Shown: in pieces, positions 49,893 through 61,044 of the stretch
How the letters are laid out: every line of letters begins with the position of its first letter
Position numbering within the stretch: position 1 is the first letter of the stretch
NCBI GenBank assembly: GCA_017631635.1
Contig: JAGBSX010000042.1
Coordinates: 2,330-66,329, forward strand
Length of the DNA stretch: 64,000 bases
Origin: Clostridia bacterium
GTDB lineage: Bacteria > Bacillota > Clostridia > Christensenellales > RUG350
Reading direction: 5' to 3'
Position numbers and translations under genes: made by a program
Notes under the pieces: model-generated
The model's input: only the letters and a program-made list of their open reading frames with translations
Databases searched by the model: none
Told to the model about the DNA's origin: nothing

Positions 49893-49911
49893 ATATCACC
49901 CACACGATTTT

Positions 49912-49945
49912 AGCAAAATAAAAACTCAGACTTTTGTCTGAGTTT
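49912..49945 (-). terminator. Intrinsic terminator
   Basis: aaactcagac-tttt-gtctgagttt hairpin followed on the minus strand by ttttattttgc. Confidence 0.7.
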
Positions 49946-49958
49946 GTTGAGTTTTGTA

Positions 49959-51158
49959 TTATTTACGTTTTTTCTTAATCCACTTGGTAATAGCGTCTGA
50001 CAACATAACTATTAGTCCCACTACGATATATACGTAATAGGTCAAGAATCTCCACAGTAGCATACCCCAAAACATCATATTGCCACCTGCTATACCTGCG
50101 AAATACGTGCTAAATACTGCCTTAAAACTTATCTCTGCTGCACCAGAAGTACCAGGGGTAGGTATGAAAGACACGGCGCATTGTGAATACATAAATGCCA
50201 ACGCCAAACTTAACCAAGTCTGCACGGTGTCCAGTTGCATATAAGTAGTGCCACCAAAAGATTTGTATACGAAAAATGGTATGGAAAAAGTCAATATTGC
50301 CTCTATTATTACCAAGGCAATTTGCCTAAACAATTCTTTCTTGTTGGACACTATCTCCGACATAGAAGCACGGTACGAATTTACTTTGGACACTGTAGAA
50401 GTCAATGCCTTGGAGAAATTCTTGACTATTCTCAACTTGTACAATAGTTTGACTATACCGATTACGATATTTAATCCAACCTTTCTATTGACTGATACGA
50501 AAGTGATAAACAATGGCACGCTGGTCCATGTCACTATACCTATATACGCAGCAGTAGCGACTATAGGGTCCAAGGTGAACGTAGGACATATCATAGGTGC
50601 GATTATCAACATAATCGCTATAAACAAGCACCAGGTAAACTGTTTGATGACGTATCTGCCGATAGTCACGCTACTAGCCTCGCTAGCCGTCAATCCTCTC
50701 TTGAGCAGAGTATATATTTGAAATGGTTGACCACCGGTAGCCAATGGAGTGATATTGTCATAATATCTACCCATAGCACCCACTCTGAAACCTGTACCTA
50801 TTTGATGCTTGCCTGTGACAAGTTTGATGACGCTCGAATATCCCATAGTGTCTATCATCATCACTATCAGGTATATCATCAATGACGCTATGAAAAATCC
50901 GATATTCTCCCCTATCGCTACTAGAGCCATATCAAATGATGCTATGGCGCTACCACTCATTTGTTCGCTGACTATTACGAAGGCTATGGCAGCAGTATTG
51001 AGTACGATAAACAAGAGGGTAAGCCACAAGTTTTTCTTCTTGTCCCCTCTCTTGCTCTCATATTCTCTCTCAAAATCATCACCGTCTACTATATAAAGTG
51101 TAGGCTCTAGTTGTATCTCCGTGGCGATTTCGGTTGACTTTTTAGTACTCTTTGCCAT
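49959..51158 (-). CDS. Flippase-like / lysylphosphatidylglycerol-synthase TM-region family membrane protein
   Basis: 399 aa, multi-TM. YYDNITPLATGGQPFQIY is the family's conserved block. Confidence 0.65.
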   Translation of the reverse strand: MAKSTKKSTEIATEIQLEPTLYIVDGDDFEREYESKRGDKKKNLWLTLLFIVLNTAAIAFVIVSEQMSGSAIASFDMALVAIGENIGFFIASLMIYLIVMMIDTMGYSSVIKLVTGKHQIGTGFRVGAMGRYYDNITPLATGGQPFQIYTLLKRGLTASEASSVTIGRYVIKQFTWCLFIAIMLIIAPMICPTFTLDPIVATAAYIGIVTWTSVPLFITFVSVNRKVGLNIVIGIVKLLYKLRIVKNFSKALTSTVSKVNSYRASMSEIVSNKKELFRQIALVIIEAILTFSIPFFVYKSFGGTTYMQLDTVQTWLSLALAFMYSQCAVSFIPTPGTSGAAEISFKAVFSTYFAGIAGGNMMFWGMLLWRFLTYYVYIVVGLIVMLSDAITKWIKKKRK

Positions 51159-51180
51159 ATACCCTCTCTAATTTATAGGT

Positions 51181-51209
51181 ATTTTATCACTATATTATCA
51201 ACTTGTCAA
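51181..51209 (-). promoter_or_regulatory. Sigma-70-type promoter
   Basis: Minus strand TTGACA-17 nt-TAAAAT, about 25 nt upstream of the ATG at 51158. Confidence 0.55.
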
Positions 51210-51411
51210 CTCCTAGCACTCTTTCGGCTAATATAGTTGAATATTGCAAATATACCCAAAATATGCTACTTTTTATGATTATTGACTGTATGAGATAATT
51301 GAAACCACCCTTTCAAATAATCTCAATCATAGTTTAGACACTCCAAAGCATATCGCAGGTGTTTGTTTTTTCTCTATACTACTAGAGAGATATCCTCCAT
51401 TATCTACTGTG

Positions 51412-51444
51412 AAAAAAATATCCACCGTATCTACGGTGGATATC
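51412..51444 (-). terminator. Intrinsic terminator ending the ribosomal/alpha operon
   Basis: atatccaccgta / tacggtggatat stem followed on the minus strand by ttttttt. Confidence 0.85.
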
Positions 51445-51451
51445 ATTTGAT

Positions 51452-51955
51452 TTAGATCAACTCAATTATAGCCATTGAAGCGTTGTCACCTCTACGGTTG
51501 CCAGTCTTTAGGATACGGCAGTAGCCACCACCTTGTCCTAGTTCCTTAGCACGCTTGTCATAACGAGGTGCATACTCATTGAAGATCTTCTCTATGAGTG
51601 GATGCTTAACGTCTGCGGTACGTGCCTTGTAAGCACTATCCTTCTCAGTAGCACCTTGAATCTCTTGCAAATCGTATAGACCGCCCATTAGTCTACGGCG
51701 AACTGCCAACTTCTTAGGACCATCATTGGTGAACTCAACGTTGAGTTTCTCACCCTTTTGATTCTCCTTAACCTTGGTGACAGTCACGGTATCCTCGTAG
51801 GTCTTGATAGCGAGAGTGATGTACTTCTCTGCTAGACGCTTTATTTCTTTAGCTCTGTCCTCGGTGGTCTCAAGTTTACCGAACCACAAAAGAGCAGATA
51901 CTTGACTCTTCAACATAGCCATACGTTGATTAGTAGGTCTACCTAATTTTTTCAT
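51452..51955 (-). CDS. rplQ: 50S ribosomal protein L17 (long form with an internal insertion)
   Basis: 167 aa. KLGRPTNQRMAMLKSQVSALLWFGKLETT. Follows rpoA. Confidence 0.93.
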   Translation of the reverse strand: MKKLGRPTNQRMAMLKSQVSALLWFGKLETTEDRAKEIKRLAEKYITLAIKTYEDTVTVTKVKENQKGEKLNVEFTNDGPKKLAVRRRLMGGLYDLQEIQGATEKDSAYKARTADVKHPLIEKIFNEYAPRYDKRAKELGQGGGYCRILKTGNRRGDNASMAIIELI

Positions 51956-51970
51956 ATCTTATACTCCTTA

Positions 51971-52930
51971 TTACTCGTCCTTATTCTTCAAACTAAGACC
52001 AAGTTCTTCCAACTTCTTGATGACCTCGTCTAGAGACTTGCGACCTAGGTTACGAACCTTGAGCATATCGTCTTCGGACTTCTTGGTCAAATCTTCTACA
52101 GTATGTATACCTGCTCTCTTTAGACAGTTGTAAGAACGTACAGACAACTCTAGGTCCTCTATACTCTTCTCTAGTACACGCTTGGTACCTTCTCCTGCTG
52201 GTGTGATGAGTATGCTACCCTCACTACCGTATCTGTCTAGGCTTACAAATAGATTGATGTGCTCGCATACAGCCTTGGCTGCTAGAGATACTACCTCTGT
52301 GGCCTTAAATGCCTTGTTGGTGACTACCTCTACGGTCAACTTGTCATAATCTATACGATTGCCTACACGTGCAGACTCTACGATGCAGTTGGCACTTACT
52401 ACAGGAGTGAAGATACTATCTATTGCTATATAACCGATAGGATCTTTGGCACTCTTGTTCTCATCTGCCACTACGTATCCTCTACCTGCTGCTACGGTTA
52501 TCTCCATCTCAATCTTGCCACCCTCGTCTAGAGTGCATAGATATTGATCTGGATTAACTACCTCTATCTCAGCATCAGTAGCGATATCACCTGCGGTGAC
52601 TACACCTGCATCATACTTGTTTAGAGTCAAAGTCTTTCTAAAATTCTTGTCGTCAGTATTAGCCTTGAATACTATGTTTTTGATATTGAGAATTATCTCA
52701 ACGACATCCTCGCGCACACCTGGTATGGTAGAAAATTCGTGGTTTACACCATCTATCTTGATACCAACTGCAGCAAAACCTGGTAGGTCTGATAGCAAGG
52801 TTCTGCGTAGAGCATTACCCAATGTGCAACCAAAACCTCTCTCCAGCGGCTCGACTACTATCTTCGCATGATTCTTAGCGTCGTTTTCCTCTGTGGTAAT
52901 TTGTGGTGTTGTTATTTCCATCATTGACAT
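51971..52930 (-). CDS. rpoA: DNA-directed RNA polymerase subunit alpha
   Basis: 319 aa. EPLERGFGCTLGNALRR. C-terminal domain LELSVRSYNCLKRAGIHTVEDL. Confidence 0.96.
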   Translation of the reverse strand: MSMMEITTPQITTEENDAKNHAKIVVEPLERGFGCTLGNALRRTLLSDLPGFAAVGIKIDGVNHEFSTIPGVREDVVEIILNIKNIVFKANTDDKNFRKTLTLNKYDAGVVTAGDIATDAEIEVVNPDQYLCTLDEGGKIEMEITVAAGRGYVVADENKSAKDPIGYIAIDSIFTPVVSANCIVESARVGNRIDYDKLTVEVVTNKAFKATEVVSLAAKAVCEHINLFVSLDRYGSEGSILITPAGEGTKRVLEKSIEDLELSVRSYNCLKRAGIHTVEDLTKKSEDDMLKVRNLGRKSLDEVIKKLEELGLSLKNKDE

Positions 52931-52959
52931 TGATATATCCTCCCTATGTCTTAGTTGTA

Positions 52960-53592
52960 TTATCTAGAATACAACTCAACTATCAAGTGCTCGGATATGC
53001 TCAAATCAATGTCTTCACGCGCTGGCAATGCCAATACCTTACCGGTAAGGCTTGCGTTGTCAAACTCCAACCACTTTGGCAAACTAACTGCCTTCTCTTC
53101 CTTAACTTCGGCGAATACAGTGTTGTTCTTCTTGGACTCCTTAACTGCTACTACGTCGCCTACTTTGATTAGGTATGAAGGTATATTTACTACACGACCG
53201 TTGACGGTGATTAGACTATGGTTTACCATTTGTCTAGCTTGCTTTCTAGAAGCACCCAAACCTAGACGGTATACCACGTTGTCTAGACGTCTCTCGATAA
53301 GAATAAGCATATTCTCACCAGTCACGCCACGCATCTTTTCAGCCTTCTCGTAGTACATTCTGAATTGCTTCTCCAAGAGACCGTATGCTCTCTTGGTCTT
53401 TTGCTTTTCTCTTAATTGGATAGCATAGCCAGTAGCCTTCTTACGGCTCAAACCATGTTGTCCTGGAGGAGTAAGTCCACCCTTGCGGTGTACTAATGCA
53501 CATTTGTCGGAATAACATCTATCGCCCTTGAGGAATAGTTTCATACCCTCTCTACGGCATAGACGACAATCTGATCCTATATATCTAGCCAT
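52960..53592 (-). CDS. rpsD: 30S ribosomal protein S4
   Basis: 210 aa. [26 protein letters not shown]. Confidence 0.96.
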   Translation of the reverse strand: MARYIGSDCRLCRREGMKLFLKGDRCYSDKCALVHRKGGLTPPGQHGLSRKKATGYAIQLREKQKTKRAYGLLEKQFRMYYEKAEKMRGVTGENMLILIERRLDNVVYRLGLGASRKQARQMVNHSLITVNGRVVNIPSYLIKVGDVVAVKESKKNNTVFAEVKEEKAVSLPKWLEFDNASLTGKVLALPAREDIDLSISEHLIVELYSR

Positions 53593-53606
53593 TGTTTATC
53601 CTCCTC

Positions 53607-53996
53607 TTACAATCTTCTACGCTTTGGTGGACGGCAACCATTGTGAGGTATTGGTGATACGTCTTTGATCATAGTTACCTCTATGCCCACGTTTGCGAAA
53701 GCACGAATAGCGGACTCACGGCCAGAGCCTGGTCCTTTTACGTATACTTCTACTGTTCTCATACCCATATCGTATGCCTTCTTAGCAGCATCTTCTGCAG
53801 CCATTTGAGCAGCGAATGGAGTACTCTTACGAGAACCCTTTAGTCCTAGTTTACCACAACTAGACCATGATACAGCATTACCATCCATATCGGTGATGGT
53901 AACGATAGTGTTGTTGAAAGAGGCGTGAATATGTGCCGAGCCTTTTTCAACGCGTTTTGTACTGCGTCTCTTAGCAGTATCTCTCTTAACAGCCAT
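53607..53996 (-). CDS. rpsK: 30S ribosomal protein S11
   Basis: 129 aa. [15 protein letters not shown]...[12 protein letters not shown]. Confidence 0.96.
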   Translation of the reverse strand: MAVKRDTAKRRSTKRVEKGSAHIHASFNNTIVTITDMDGNAVSWSSCGKLGLKGSRKSTPFAAQMAAEDAAKKAYDMGMRTVEVYVKGPGSGRESAIRAFANVGIEVTMIKDVSPIPHNGCRPPKRRRL

Positions 53997-54373
53997 TATC
54001 TGCCCTCCTTCTTCTTTCTACTTACTGTACGCTTCGGACCTTTACGGGTACGAGCATTTTGTTTGGTGTTTTGACCGCGAACTGGTAGGTTCTTACGATG
54101 TCTTACACCACGATAGCAACCGATCTCTATCAATCTTTTGATATTAAGAGCTTGGTCTCTCTTAAGATCACCTTCGACCTGTAAGTTGTGGTCGATGTAA
54201 TCTCTTATCAATCCAGCTTGAACTTCAGTCAAGTCTTTAACACGAGTGTCAGGATTGATACCAGTTTTCTCTAAAATCTCATTGGCTGTCTTTCTACCTA
54301 TACCGTAGATGTAAGTCAAACCAATTTCTACTCGCTTCTCGCGAGGTAGATCTACACCGGCTATACGTGCCAT
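53996..54373 (-). CDS. rpsM: 30S ribosomal protein S13
   Basis: 125 aa. [26 protein letters not shown]. Confidence 0.96.
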   Translation of the reverse strand: MARIAGVDLPREKRVEIGLTYIYGIGRKTANEILEKTGINPDTRVKDLTEVQAGLIRDYIDHNLQVEGDLKRDQALNIKRLIEIGCYRGVRHRKNLPVRGQNTKQNARTRKGPKRTVSRKKKEGR

Positions 54374-54457
54374 TTGTACTCCTCCATTAATTTATAAATT
54401 TTTAGTCACGACTACGTCGTGTGCTTTTCTCATTTAGCGGGTCTCCCCTCTCGGCTA

Positions 54458-54574
54458 TTAGCCTTGCTTTTGTTTATGCTTCTTGTACTTGGAGCATATA
54501 ATCATTACGTTTCCGTTTCTCTTGATAACCTTGCACTTGTCGCACATTGGTTTAACTGATGGTCTTATTTTCAT
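54458..54574 (-). CDS. rpmJ: 50S ribosomal protein L36
   Basis: Below the ORF-track size cutoff. My translation: [38 protein letters not shown]. Confidence 0.92.
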   Translation of the reverse strand: MKIRPSVKPMCDKCKVIKRNGNVMIICSKYKKHKQKQG

Positions 54575-54589
54575 CTTAATACCCTCCTG

Positions 54590-54811
54590 TTAGTTTTTTC
54601 CACGCCATACGATACGGCCCTTTGTTAAATCATAGGGACTCATCTCTATCTTGACATGGTCACCTTCTAATATCTTGATATAGTTAGTTCTGAGTTTACC
54701 CGACAGATACGCGGTTATTACGTGACCTTGAGGTAGTTTTACCTTGAAGGTAGCACTAGGTAATACTTCGGTTACTATTCCTTCGGCTTCTATTACGTCT
54801 TCTTTAGACAT
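54590..54811 (-). CDS. infA: Translation initiation factor IF-1
   Basis: [51 protein letters not shown]. Start trimmed to the ATG after a GGAGGA RBS. Confidence 0.93.
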   Translation of the reverse strand: MSKEDVIEAEGIVTEVLPSATFKVKLPQGHVITAYLSGKLRTNYIKILEGDHVKIEMSPYDLTKGRIVWRGKN

Positions 54812-55103
54812 TGTGTCCTCCGTCATTTAGTTTGTTGATGCTGTGTCTTATGGCGCTTCTTATCTCTGCGTCAAAGACTGGCATCCCTGTAGTTAACTTA
54901 ACGGCTATGCCGTCAAGAATTTCGCCTGTATCTTTTAAGTGTTTGACTTTTTTTAGTTTTGGTTTGTCTAGTGTTCTGCCGACACCATCTACAAGTCTCA
55001 CGTACGTCTCATCCACTATGGATAGTACCATCATGAGTTTGCCTTGGTCTCTACCACAGAGCACTTCGACTACCATACCTATACTAAATTGATTTGACTT
55101 CAT
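54804..55103 (-). CDS. KOW-domain RNA-binding protein (the small gene found between map and infA)
   Basis: [40 protein letters not shown]. Its ATG overlaps the map stop (ATGA). Confidence 0.7.
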   Translation of the reverse strand: MKSNQFSIGMVVEVLCGRDQGKLMMVLSIVDETYVRLVDGVGRTLDKPKLKKVKHLKDTGEILDGIAVKLTTGMPVFDAEIRSAIRHSINKLNDGGHNV

Positions 55104-55843
55104 AGTGTGAGTATCTCCGGGCCGTTTTGTGTGATTACTACGGTGTTCTCGTAGTGCGCCGATGGCAAGCCATCTCGCGTAGTCACAGTCCATCCGTCCT
55201 CCAAGCACCACACGTCTTTGGCACCCATATTTATCATAGGCTCGATCGCTAGTGCCATACCGTTTTGCAGTCTCACTCCTTTGCCTTTGATACCATAGTT
55301 GGGTATATAAGGGTCTTCGTGGAGTTGTTTGCCTATACCGTGTCCCGTGAGTTCTCTGACTATCGAGTATCCATTTGACTCTACGTACGTCTGGATAGCG
55401 CTAGATATATCTCCTAGTCGCATACCCTCTATACAGTACTTGACACCCTCAAAGAAACTCTGCTTGCACACTTGTATCAAGTTGGATAGTTGTCCTGTGA
55501 TAGCCCCTACTCCAAAAGTCCTAGCGGCATCACCATGATATCCACCCACTTGAGCACCTACGTCTACGCTGACGATATCTCCCTCTACTATCACTCTATC
55601 AGACGGTATACCGTGTACCACCTCGTCGTTGACGCTCACGCAAGCACTCGCAGGATACCCTTCGTATCCCAAAAATGAAGGTTTAGCACCACATTTGGTG
55701 ATATATTCGTATACTATACTGTCGATTTTTCTAGTAGTTATACCTGGTCGAATACTCTCTTCGACTAGTAGCAAAGCGTCTCTTACTATAGAGCCTGCTT
55801 GCCTCATCAGGCTGAGTTCGGATTGAGATTTTATGGTAATCAT
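55100..55843 (-). CDS. map: Type I methionine aminopeptidase
   Basis: 247 aa. VVHGIPS, DIVSVDVG, HGIGKQLHEDP, LAIEPM. Confidence 0.95.
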   Translation of the reverse strand: MITIKSQSELSLMRQAGSIVRDALLLVEESIRPGITTRKIDSIVYEYITKCGAKPSFLGYEGYPASACVSVNDEVVHGIPSDRVIVEGDIVSVDVGAQVGGYHGDAARTFGVGAITGQLSNLIQVCKQSFFEGVKYCIEGMRLGDISSAIQTYVESNGYSIVRELTGHGIGKQLHEDPYIPNYGIKGKGVRLQNGMALAIEPMINMGAKDVWCLEDGWTVTTRDGLPSAHYENTVVITQNGPEILTL

Positions 55844-55844
55844 A

Positions 55845-56459
55845 TCAGTCTAATATCTCAGATATTATCTCAAATACGCCGTCTACGGTAGAGTCACCGT
55901 CTACGTTTTTCAATATACCAGCCTCAGCATAATAATCTACTAGAGGTGCAGTAGACTGTTCGTAAGCCTTGAGCCTGTTGGCTACCGACTCCTCGTTGTC
56001 GTCTGCTCTTATGTAGAGAGTCTTGCCACACTTGTCGCATGTAGGACTAGGATGAGTGCTGACGTGGTAAGATTCACCACACTCGCACATTCTACGTCCT
56101 GTGATACGGTATAGCAATTTTTCAAAAGGAATAGTTATATTGATAGCGTATTCTGCTTTTTCAAAACTGTCAAGAGCCTTGGCTTGGGCTATGGTACGGG
56201 GAAAACCGTCCAATAGCCAGCCACTCTTGCAATCATCTAGGGACAATCTGTCCTTGACAATAGCCACTACTACCTCGTCTGGTACTAGTTCACCTCTGTC
56301 AATTATGGCCTTGGCCTGTTGACCTAGTGGAGTACCGCGACGAATATTATCTCTGAGGATATCTCCTGTCGAGATGTGTGGCAAATTGTACTTTTCACAA
56401 ATTTTGGTCGCCTGAGTGCCTTTGCCTGCACCAGGAGCGCCTAGTAGTATAATTTTCAT
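55845..56459 (-). CDS. adk: Adenylate kinase
   Basis: 204 aa. GAPGAGKGTQ and a zinc lid (CECGESYH...CDKCG). Confidence 0.95.
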   Translation of the reverse strand: MKIILLGAPGAGKGTQATKICEKYNLPHISTGDILRDNIRRGTPLGQQAKAIIDRGELVPDEVVVAIVKDRLSLDDCKSGWLLDGFPRTIAQAKALDSFEKAEYAINITIPFEKLLYRITGRRMCECGESYHVSTHPSPTCDKCGKTLYIRADDNEESVANRLKAYEQSTAPLVDYYAEAGILKNVDGDSTVDGVFEIISEILD

Positions 56460-56461
56460 AA

Positions 56462-57757
56462 TTATTTCAATATACCCTTGTAATGTTTCATCATTATCTG
56501 GGACTCTAGTTGCTTGTCTACCTCCAATGCTACGCTAACTACGATAAGTAGTCCGGTAGAGGTGAAGGCGTTGTTGAGTCCTAGCATATCAGCACCTATT
56601 ATATTGAATATAACGCTTGGTATGAGTACCAATAGTGCCAAAAATAGCGCTCCGAACAACGTGATACGATTGTTTATCTTACGTAGATGTTCTGCAGTTG
56701 GCTTACCAGGTCTAATACCTAATATCATACCACCGTGTTGTTGAATATTTCTTGCGATGTCTTCAGGTTGGAATTGCATCTGTTGATAGAAATACGCAAA
56801 GAACACTATAATCACAGGGGTGAGTATCGTGTATACCCAAGTGCCTGCACCTAGGTTTTGACTCCACCATATATAAGCCTCGCTATCTGCTCCCCATAGT
56901 GATAGCACCATTTGTGGGAACATCATTAGCGCTGATGCGAATATGATAGGCATAACTCCACTAGCGTTGACACGGATAGGTATGTTGGTGTTTTGGCCAC
57001 CATACATCTTATTACCCTTGACTTGCTTAGCGTAGGTGACGTTGATACGGCGCTCTCCACTATCTACGAATATGATAAGTGCAAATAGCACTACTACTAC
57101 CAAGATAAACTCAAGTAGTATCCATAGACTTTGCAAATTGCTAGCAGATATAGTAGTCAAAGCGGTATATATCGATTGACCTGCAGTAGATATGATACCT
57201 ACGAATATGATCAATGATGAACCGTTTGATATACCGTGCTCGGTGATACGCTCACTTAGCCACATACATAGAGCGCTACCTGCAGTCATTAGTATAATAA
57301 CTGCGATAGTAGCCAACGTTTGATTGCCAAACATGATAGCAGCATTGATCTTGTCTCCCCAGCCTAGTACGATACCTATTGATTGTACTAATGCTAGTAT
57401 CATCGCTGCTATACGGGTAGCCTTGGACATTTTCTTTCGGCCCTCGTCTCCCTGCTTTGACCATCTCTCAAATGCAGGTATTACCATAGTTAGCAATTGG
57501 ATAATAATGGACGCATTGATGTAAGGTACTATACCTAATGCGAACAAAGTTCCTTGGGACAAAGATCCACCAGTCACAGCATTGAGAACGCTCATCAAGG
57601 ATACGCCAGAAGCGATATTCTCTTTGACTGCACTCATAGATAGACCTGGGATAGGTACAAAACAACCTACTCTAAACGCCAACAATAGTAGTAGTGTCCA
57701 GAGTATCTTAGTTCTTATTTCCTTATTCTTAAAGGCATTAACCAGCGTCTTAAACAT
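56462..57757 (-). CDS. secY: Preprotein translocase subunit SecY
   Basis: 431 aa, 10 TM helices. GIVPYINASIIIQLL. Position is between rplO and adk. Confidence 0.96.
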   Translation of the reverse strand: MFKTLVNAFKNKEIRTKILWTLLLLLAFRVGCFVPIPGLSMSAVKENIASGVSLMSVLNAVTGGSLSQGTLFALGIVPYINASIIIQLLTMVIPAFERWSKQGDEGRKKMSKATRIAAMILALVQSIGIVLGWGDKINAAIMFGNQTLATIAVIILMTAGSALCMWLSERITEHGISNGSSLIIFVGIISTAGQSIYTALTTISASNLQSLWILLEFILVVVVLFALIIFVDSGERRINVTYAKQVKGNKMYGGQNTNIPIRVNASGVMPIIFASALMMFPQMVLSLWGADSEAYIWWSQNLGAGTWVYTILTPVIIVFFAYFYQQMQFQPEDIARNIQQHGGMILGIRPGKPTAEHLRKINNRITLFGALFLALLVLIPSVIFNIIGADMLGLNNAFTSTGLLIVVSVALEVDKQLESQIMMKHYKGILK

Positions 57758-57759
57758 TG

Positions 57760-58206
57760 TTAAATCTCCTCTACAGTACCGCCGACGTTTGCAATCTTAT
57801 CCTTGGCAGTCTGAGAGAATTTGTCAGCCTTAACGGTCAACTTTTTGGTCAATTCGCCCTTGCCTAGAACCTTTAGTCCGTATGCTTGCTCCTTGCCGAC
57901 TAGTCCTGTCTCGAGTAGCAACTCGATAGTTACTACGGTGTCATTTTCAAATATCTCCAAATCTCCTACGTTAACGGTAGCATAGTTCTTAGCAAATCTT
58001 GCATTGTTGAAACCACGCTTTGGTTGACGACGAGTCAAAGGCATTTGGCCACCCTCAAATCCAGGGCGAACACCGCCACCGCTACGAGCCCATTGTCCTT
58101 TGTGACCTTTTGTACTGGTTTTACCGGTACCGGAGCCTATACCACGTCCTACTCTCTTGGTAGCACGCTTAGCGCCCTCTGCCGGTGCAATAGTATTAAT
58201 TCTCAT
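57760..58206 (-). CDS. rplO: 50S ribosomal protein L15
   Basis: 148 aa. [22 protein letters not shown]. Confidence 0.95.
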   Translation of the reverse strand: MRINTIAPAEGAKRATKRVGRGIGSGTGKTSTKGHKGQWARSGGGVRPGFEGGQMPLTRRQPKRGFNNARFAKNYATVNVGDLEIFENDTVVTIELLLETGLVGKEQAYGLKVLGKGELTKKLTVKADKFSQTAKDKIANVGGTVEEI

Positions 58207-58217
58207 AGCTTATCTCC

Positions 58218-58397
58218 TTAAATGTCTTCTACCTTTACTAGGTGTGATACCTTAGCGATCATACCTCTTAGGGTTGCGCTATCTTCTAGTTCGTTAGCAG
58301 AACCTATCTTTCTAAGACCTAGAGCCTCTACGGTAGCCTTTTGATTCTTTAGACAACCTATTGTGCTCTTAACGAGGGTTACTCTTATCTTACTCAT
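58218..58397 (-). CDS. rpmD: 50S ribosomal protein L30
   Basis: Below the ORF-track size cutoff. My translation: MSKIRVTLVKSTIGCLKNQKATVEALGLRKIGSANELEDSATLRGMIAKVSHLVKVEDI. Confidence 0.9.
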   Translation of the reverse strand: MSKIRVTLVKSTIGCLKNQKATVEALGLRKIGSANELEDSATLRGMIAKVSHLVKVEDI

Positions 58398-58410
58398 AAT
58401 CCTATCCTCC

Positions 58411-58926
58411 TTAAGCTTGTAGGTCCTCTACGGACTTGCCTCTCAAAGATGCTACTTCCTCTACGGTACGCAATCCCTTCAAAGCCTCTATAGTAGCCTT
58501 GACACAGTTGATAGGATTGGATGAACCCAATGACTTGGTACGTATATCCTTGATACCTGCTACCTCTAGCACTGCTCTCACAGGACCACCTGCGATAACT
58601 CCAGTACCTTCTTCAGCTGGCATAAGTAGTACGCTACCTCTACCAAATGTACCTACTATCTCGTGAGGTATAGTAGTACCTACGATAGGTGCTTTGATCA
58701 TAGCGCGCTTAGCAGCCTGAGTAGCCTTGTTGATAGCCTCAGGTATCTCTGCAGCCTTGCCGATACCTACACCTACACGACCTTTACCATCACCTACTAG
58801 GAGTAGGGCTGCAAAACGCATAGTTCTACCACCCTTGACAACCTTGGTTACACGATTGACGTGGACGAGCTTAGTGATAAACTCTTCTGCGTCTCTCTCT
58901 CTTCTTATATCTTCACGTTTAGCCAT
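58411..58926 (-). CDS. rpsE: 30S ribosomal protein S5
   Basis: 171 aa. [30 protein letters not shown]. Confidence 0.96.
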   Translation of the reverse strand: MAKREDIRRERDAEEFITKLVHVNRVTKVVKGGRTMRFAALLLVGDGKGRVGVGIGKAAEIPEAINKATQAAKRAMIKAPIVGTTIPHEIVGTFGRGSVLLMPAEEGTGVIAGGPVRAVLEVAGIKDIRTKSLGSSNPINCVKATIEALKGLRTVEEVASLRGKSVEDLQA

Positions 58927-58936
58927 AATGCCCTCC

Positions 58937-59305
58937 TTAGAACTCTAGTCCAGCTTCTCTAGCACCTTCTGCCAATGAAGCCACGCGACCGGTGTAGACG
59001 TATCCGCCTCTGTCGAAGACTACAGTCTTGATTCCCTTGGCGAGTGCTCTCTCAGCTAGAGTAGCACCTACTACCTTGGCAGCCTCAGACTTGGTCATAT
59101 CTGCGATCTTTGCTATTACGTCTTTCTCTACGGTAGATGCGGCGCATAGAGTAACTCTAGCGACGTCATCTATCAATTGAGCATATATATGCTTTTCACT
59201 ACGATATACGGCTAGTCTTGGAGCTTCAGCCGTGCCGGATACTTTGATACGGACTCTAGTGTGTCTCTTCTTTCTCAAAGCATTCTTATCTATCTTTGTT
59301 ATCAT
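58937..59305 (-). CDS. rplR: 50S ribosomal protein L18
   Basis: 122 aa. [18 protein letters not shown]...[13 protein letters not shown]. Confidence 0.95.
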   Translation of the reverse strand: MITKIDKNALRKKRHTRVRIKVSGTAEAPRLAVYRSEKHIYAQLIDDVARVTLCAASTVEKDVIAKIADMTKSEAAKVVGATLAERALAKGIKTVVFDRGGYVYTGRVASLAEGAREAGLEF

Positions 59306-59319
59306 ATTAACGCTTCTCC

Positions 59320-59862
59320 TTATTTCTTACCGCTCTTGCCTTCCTTCATGACTATAGTCTCGTCCTTATAACGAATACCATAACCGTGGTAAGGCTCAGG
59401 CTTTCTGATAGATCTGATATTAGCAGCAACCTGTCCTACTTTAGCCTTGTCGATACCCTTGACGGATACTTCGGTGACACTAACTACGTCGATAGTTATG
59501 CCTTCTGGCTCAACGAACTCAACAGGATGAGAATATCCTACAGAGAAGGTGACCTTGTTGCCGTTCTTAGCTACCTTATAACCTACACCTTTGATGATTA
59601 GGTTGATAGCGAATCCATTGACAACGCCGGTGACCATGTTCTGTATAAGCGCTCTATATAGTCCGTGCTTTGACTTAACCTCTTTCTCCTCGGAGCTACG
59701 GGTTAGTACAACCTGACTATTTTCTACTACTACTTTGATGCAAGCGTCTACCCATTGAGTCAAAGTACCCTTAGGTCCTGTGACGGTGACGTTTTGATTA
59801 GCATCAATATCTACGGTTACACCTTGAGGGATAACTATAGGAAGTCTACCTATTCTTGACAT
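59320..59862 (-). CDS. rplF: 50S ribosomal protein L6
   Basis: 180 aa. [17 protein letters not shown]...[14 protein letters not shown]. Confidence 0.95.
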   Translation of the reverse strand: MSRIGRLPIVIPQGVTVDIDANQNVTVTGPKGTLTQWVDACIKVVVENSQVVLTRSSEEKEVKSKHGLYRALIQNMVTGVVNGFAINLIIKGVGYKVAKNGNKVTFSVGYSHPVEFVEPEGITIDVVSVTEVSVKGIDKAKVGQVAANIRSIRKPEPYHGYGIRYKDETIVMKEGKSGKK

Positions 59863-59876
59863 ATATAGTACCTCCC

Positions 59877-60269
59877 TTACCAGATGTATGCTAGCACTTC
59901 GCCACCTAGTTTAGCGGCTCTTGCTTGCTTGTCAGTCATCACACCCTTGGAGGTGGAGATAACTGCTATACCCATACCGTTGAGTACCTTAGGTAGGTCC
60001 TCAGCGCCTGCGTATATACGTAGACCTGGCTTACTGATTCTCTTTAGACCAGTAATAACCTTAGCGTTTTTACCTGCGTACTTTAGGGTAATCTTGATAG
60101 TACCTTGTACGCCATCTTCTACAAATTCAACGTTCTTAACGTATCCTTCCTCTAGTAATATCTTGGCGATAGCCTTTTTGATATTGGAGGCAGGTATTTC
60201 AACTGTTTCGTGCTTAACTGTTAGACCGTTTCTGATGCGAGTCAACATATCAGCTATTGGATCTGTCAT
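59877..60269 (-). CDS. rpsH: 30S ribosomal protein S8
   Basis: 130 aa. [15 protein letters not shown]...GGEVLAYIW. Confidence 0.96.
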   Translation of the reverse strand: MTDPIADMLTRIRNGLTVKHETVEIPASNIKKAIAKILLEEGYVKNVEFVEDGVQGTIKITLKYAGKNAKVITGLKRISKPGLRIYAGAEDLPKVLNGMGIAVISTSKGVMTDKQARAAKLGGEVLAYIW

Positions 60270-60288
60270 TTTTACTTCCTCCTATATA

Positions 60289-60474
60289 TTACCAACTGGC
60301 TTTCTTTACACCAGGGATCTCTCCCTTGTATGCCTCATTTCTGAAGCAAATTCTGCATATACCAAACTTTCTTAGTACTGCGTGTGGTCTACCACAGATA
60401 CGGCATCTGGTGTAGGCACGAGTAGAGAACTTTGGCTCACGTTGTTGTTTGAGTATCATAGATTTCTTAGCCAT
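60289..60474 (-). CDS. rpsZ: 30S ribosomal protein S14, type Z (zinc-binding)
   Basis: [45 protein letters not shown]. Start trimmed to the ATG after an AAGGAGG RBS. Confidence 0.93.
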   Translation of the reverse strand: MAKKSMILKQQREPKFSTRAYTRCRICGRPHAVLRKFGICRICFRNEAYKGEIPGVKKASW

Positions 60475-60484
60475 AATTACCTCC

Positions 60485-61030
60485 TTACTTCGCAAAAGGC
60501 ATACCGATAAGTCTGAGTAGCTCTCTAGCCTCATCATCTGTCTTAGCTGTGGTAACAAAGCATATATCCATACCTCTTACCATCTCTACCTCTTCGTAGT
60601 TAATCTCAGGGAATATTAGTTGCTCCTTGAGACCTAGTGAGTAGTTGCCCTTTCCGTCAAAAGCCTTGTCATTGACACCCTTGAAGTCTCTAACTCTAGG
60701 TAGTGCTATTGAGAATAGCTTGTCGCAGAAATCGTACATCTTGTTACCTCTTAGGGTGACTTTAGCACCGATAGGTTGACCTTGACGTAGTTTGAAGTTT
60801 GCTATACTCTTGCGAGCCTTGGTCACTACTGCCTTTTGGCCAGCGATACGAGTAAGCTCATCTACTGCTACTTGGAAGCCCTTGCTGTTGTCCTTGAGCG
60901 CACCTAGACCCATGTTGATGATAACCTTCACTAGTTTAGGTACTTCCATAGGATTGGAATAATTAAATTTTTCTGTTAGAGCAGGTACTGCGACTTCGTC
61001 GTATACCTTCTTGATTCTATATCTTTCCAT
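60485..61030 (-). CDS. rplE: 50S ribosomal protein L5
   Basis: 181 aa. [13 protein letters not shown]...FRGLNDKAFDG-like block ([18 protein letters not shown]). Confidence 0.95.
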   Translation of the reverse strand: MERYRIKKVYDEVAVPALTEKFNYSNPMEVPKLVKVIINMGLGALKDNSKGFQVAVDELTRIAGQKAVVTKARKSIANFKLRQGQPIGAKVTLRGNKMYDFCDKLFSIALPRVRDFKGVNDKAFDGKGNYSLGLKEQLIFPEINYEEVEMVRGMDICFVTTAKTDDEARELLRLIGMPFAK

Positions 61031-61044
61031 CTAACTATCCTCCA

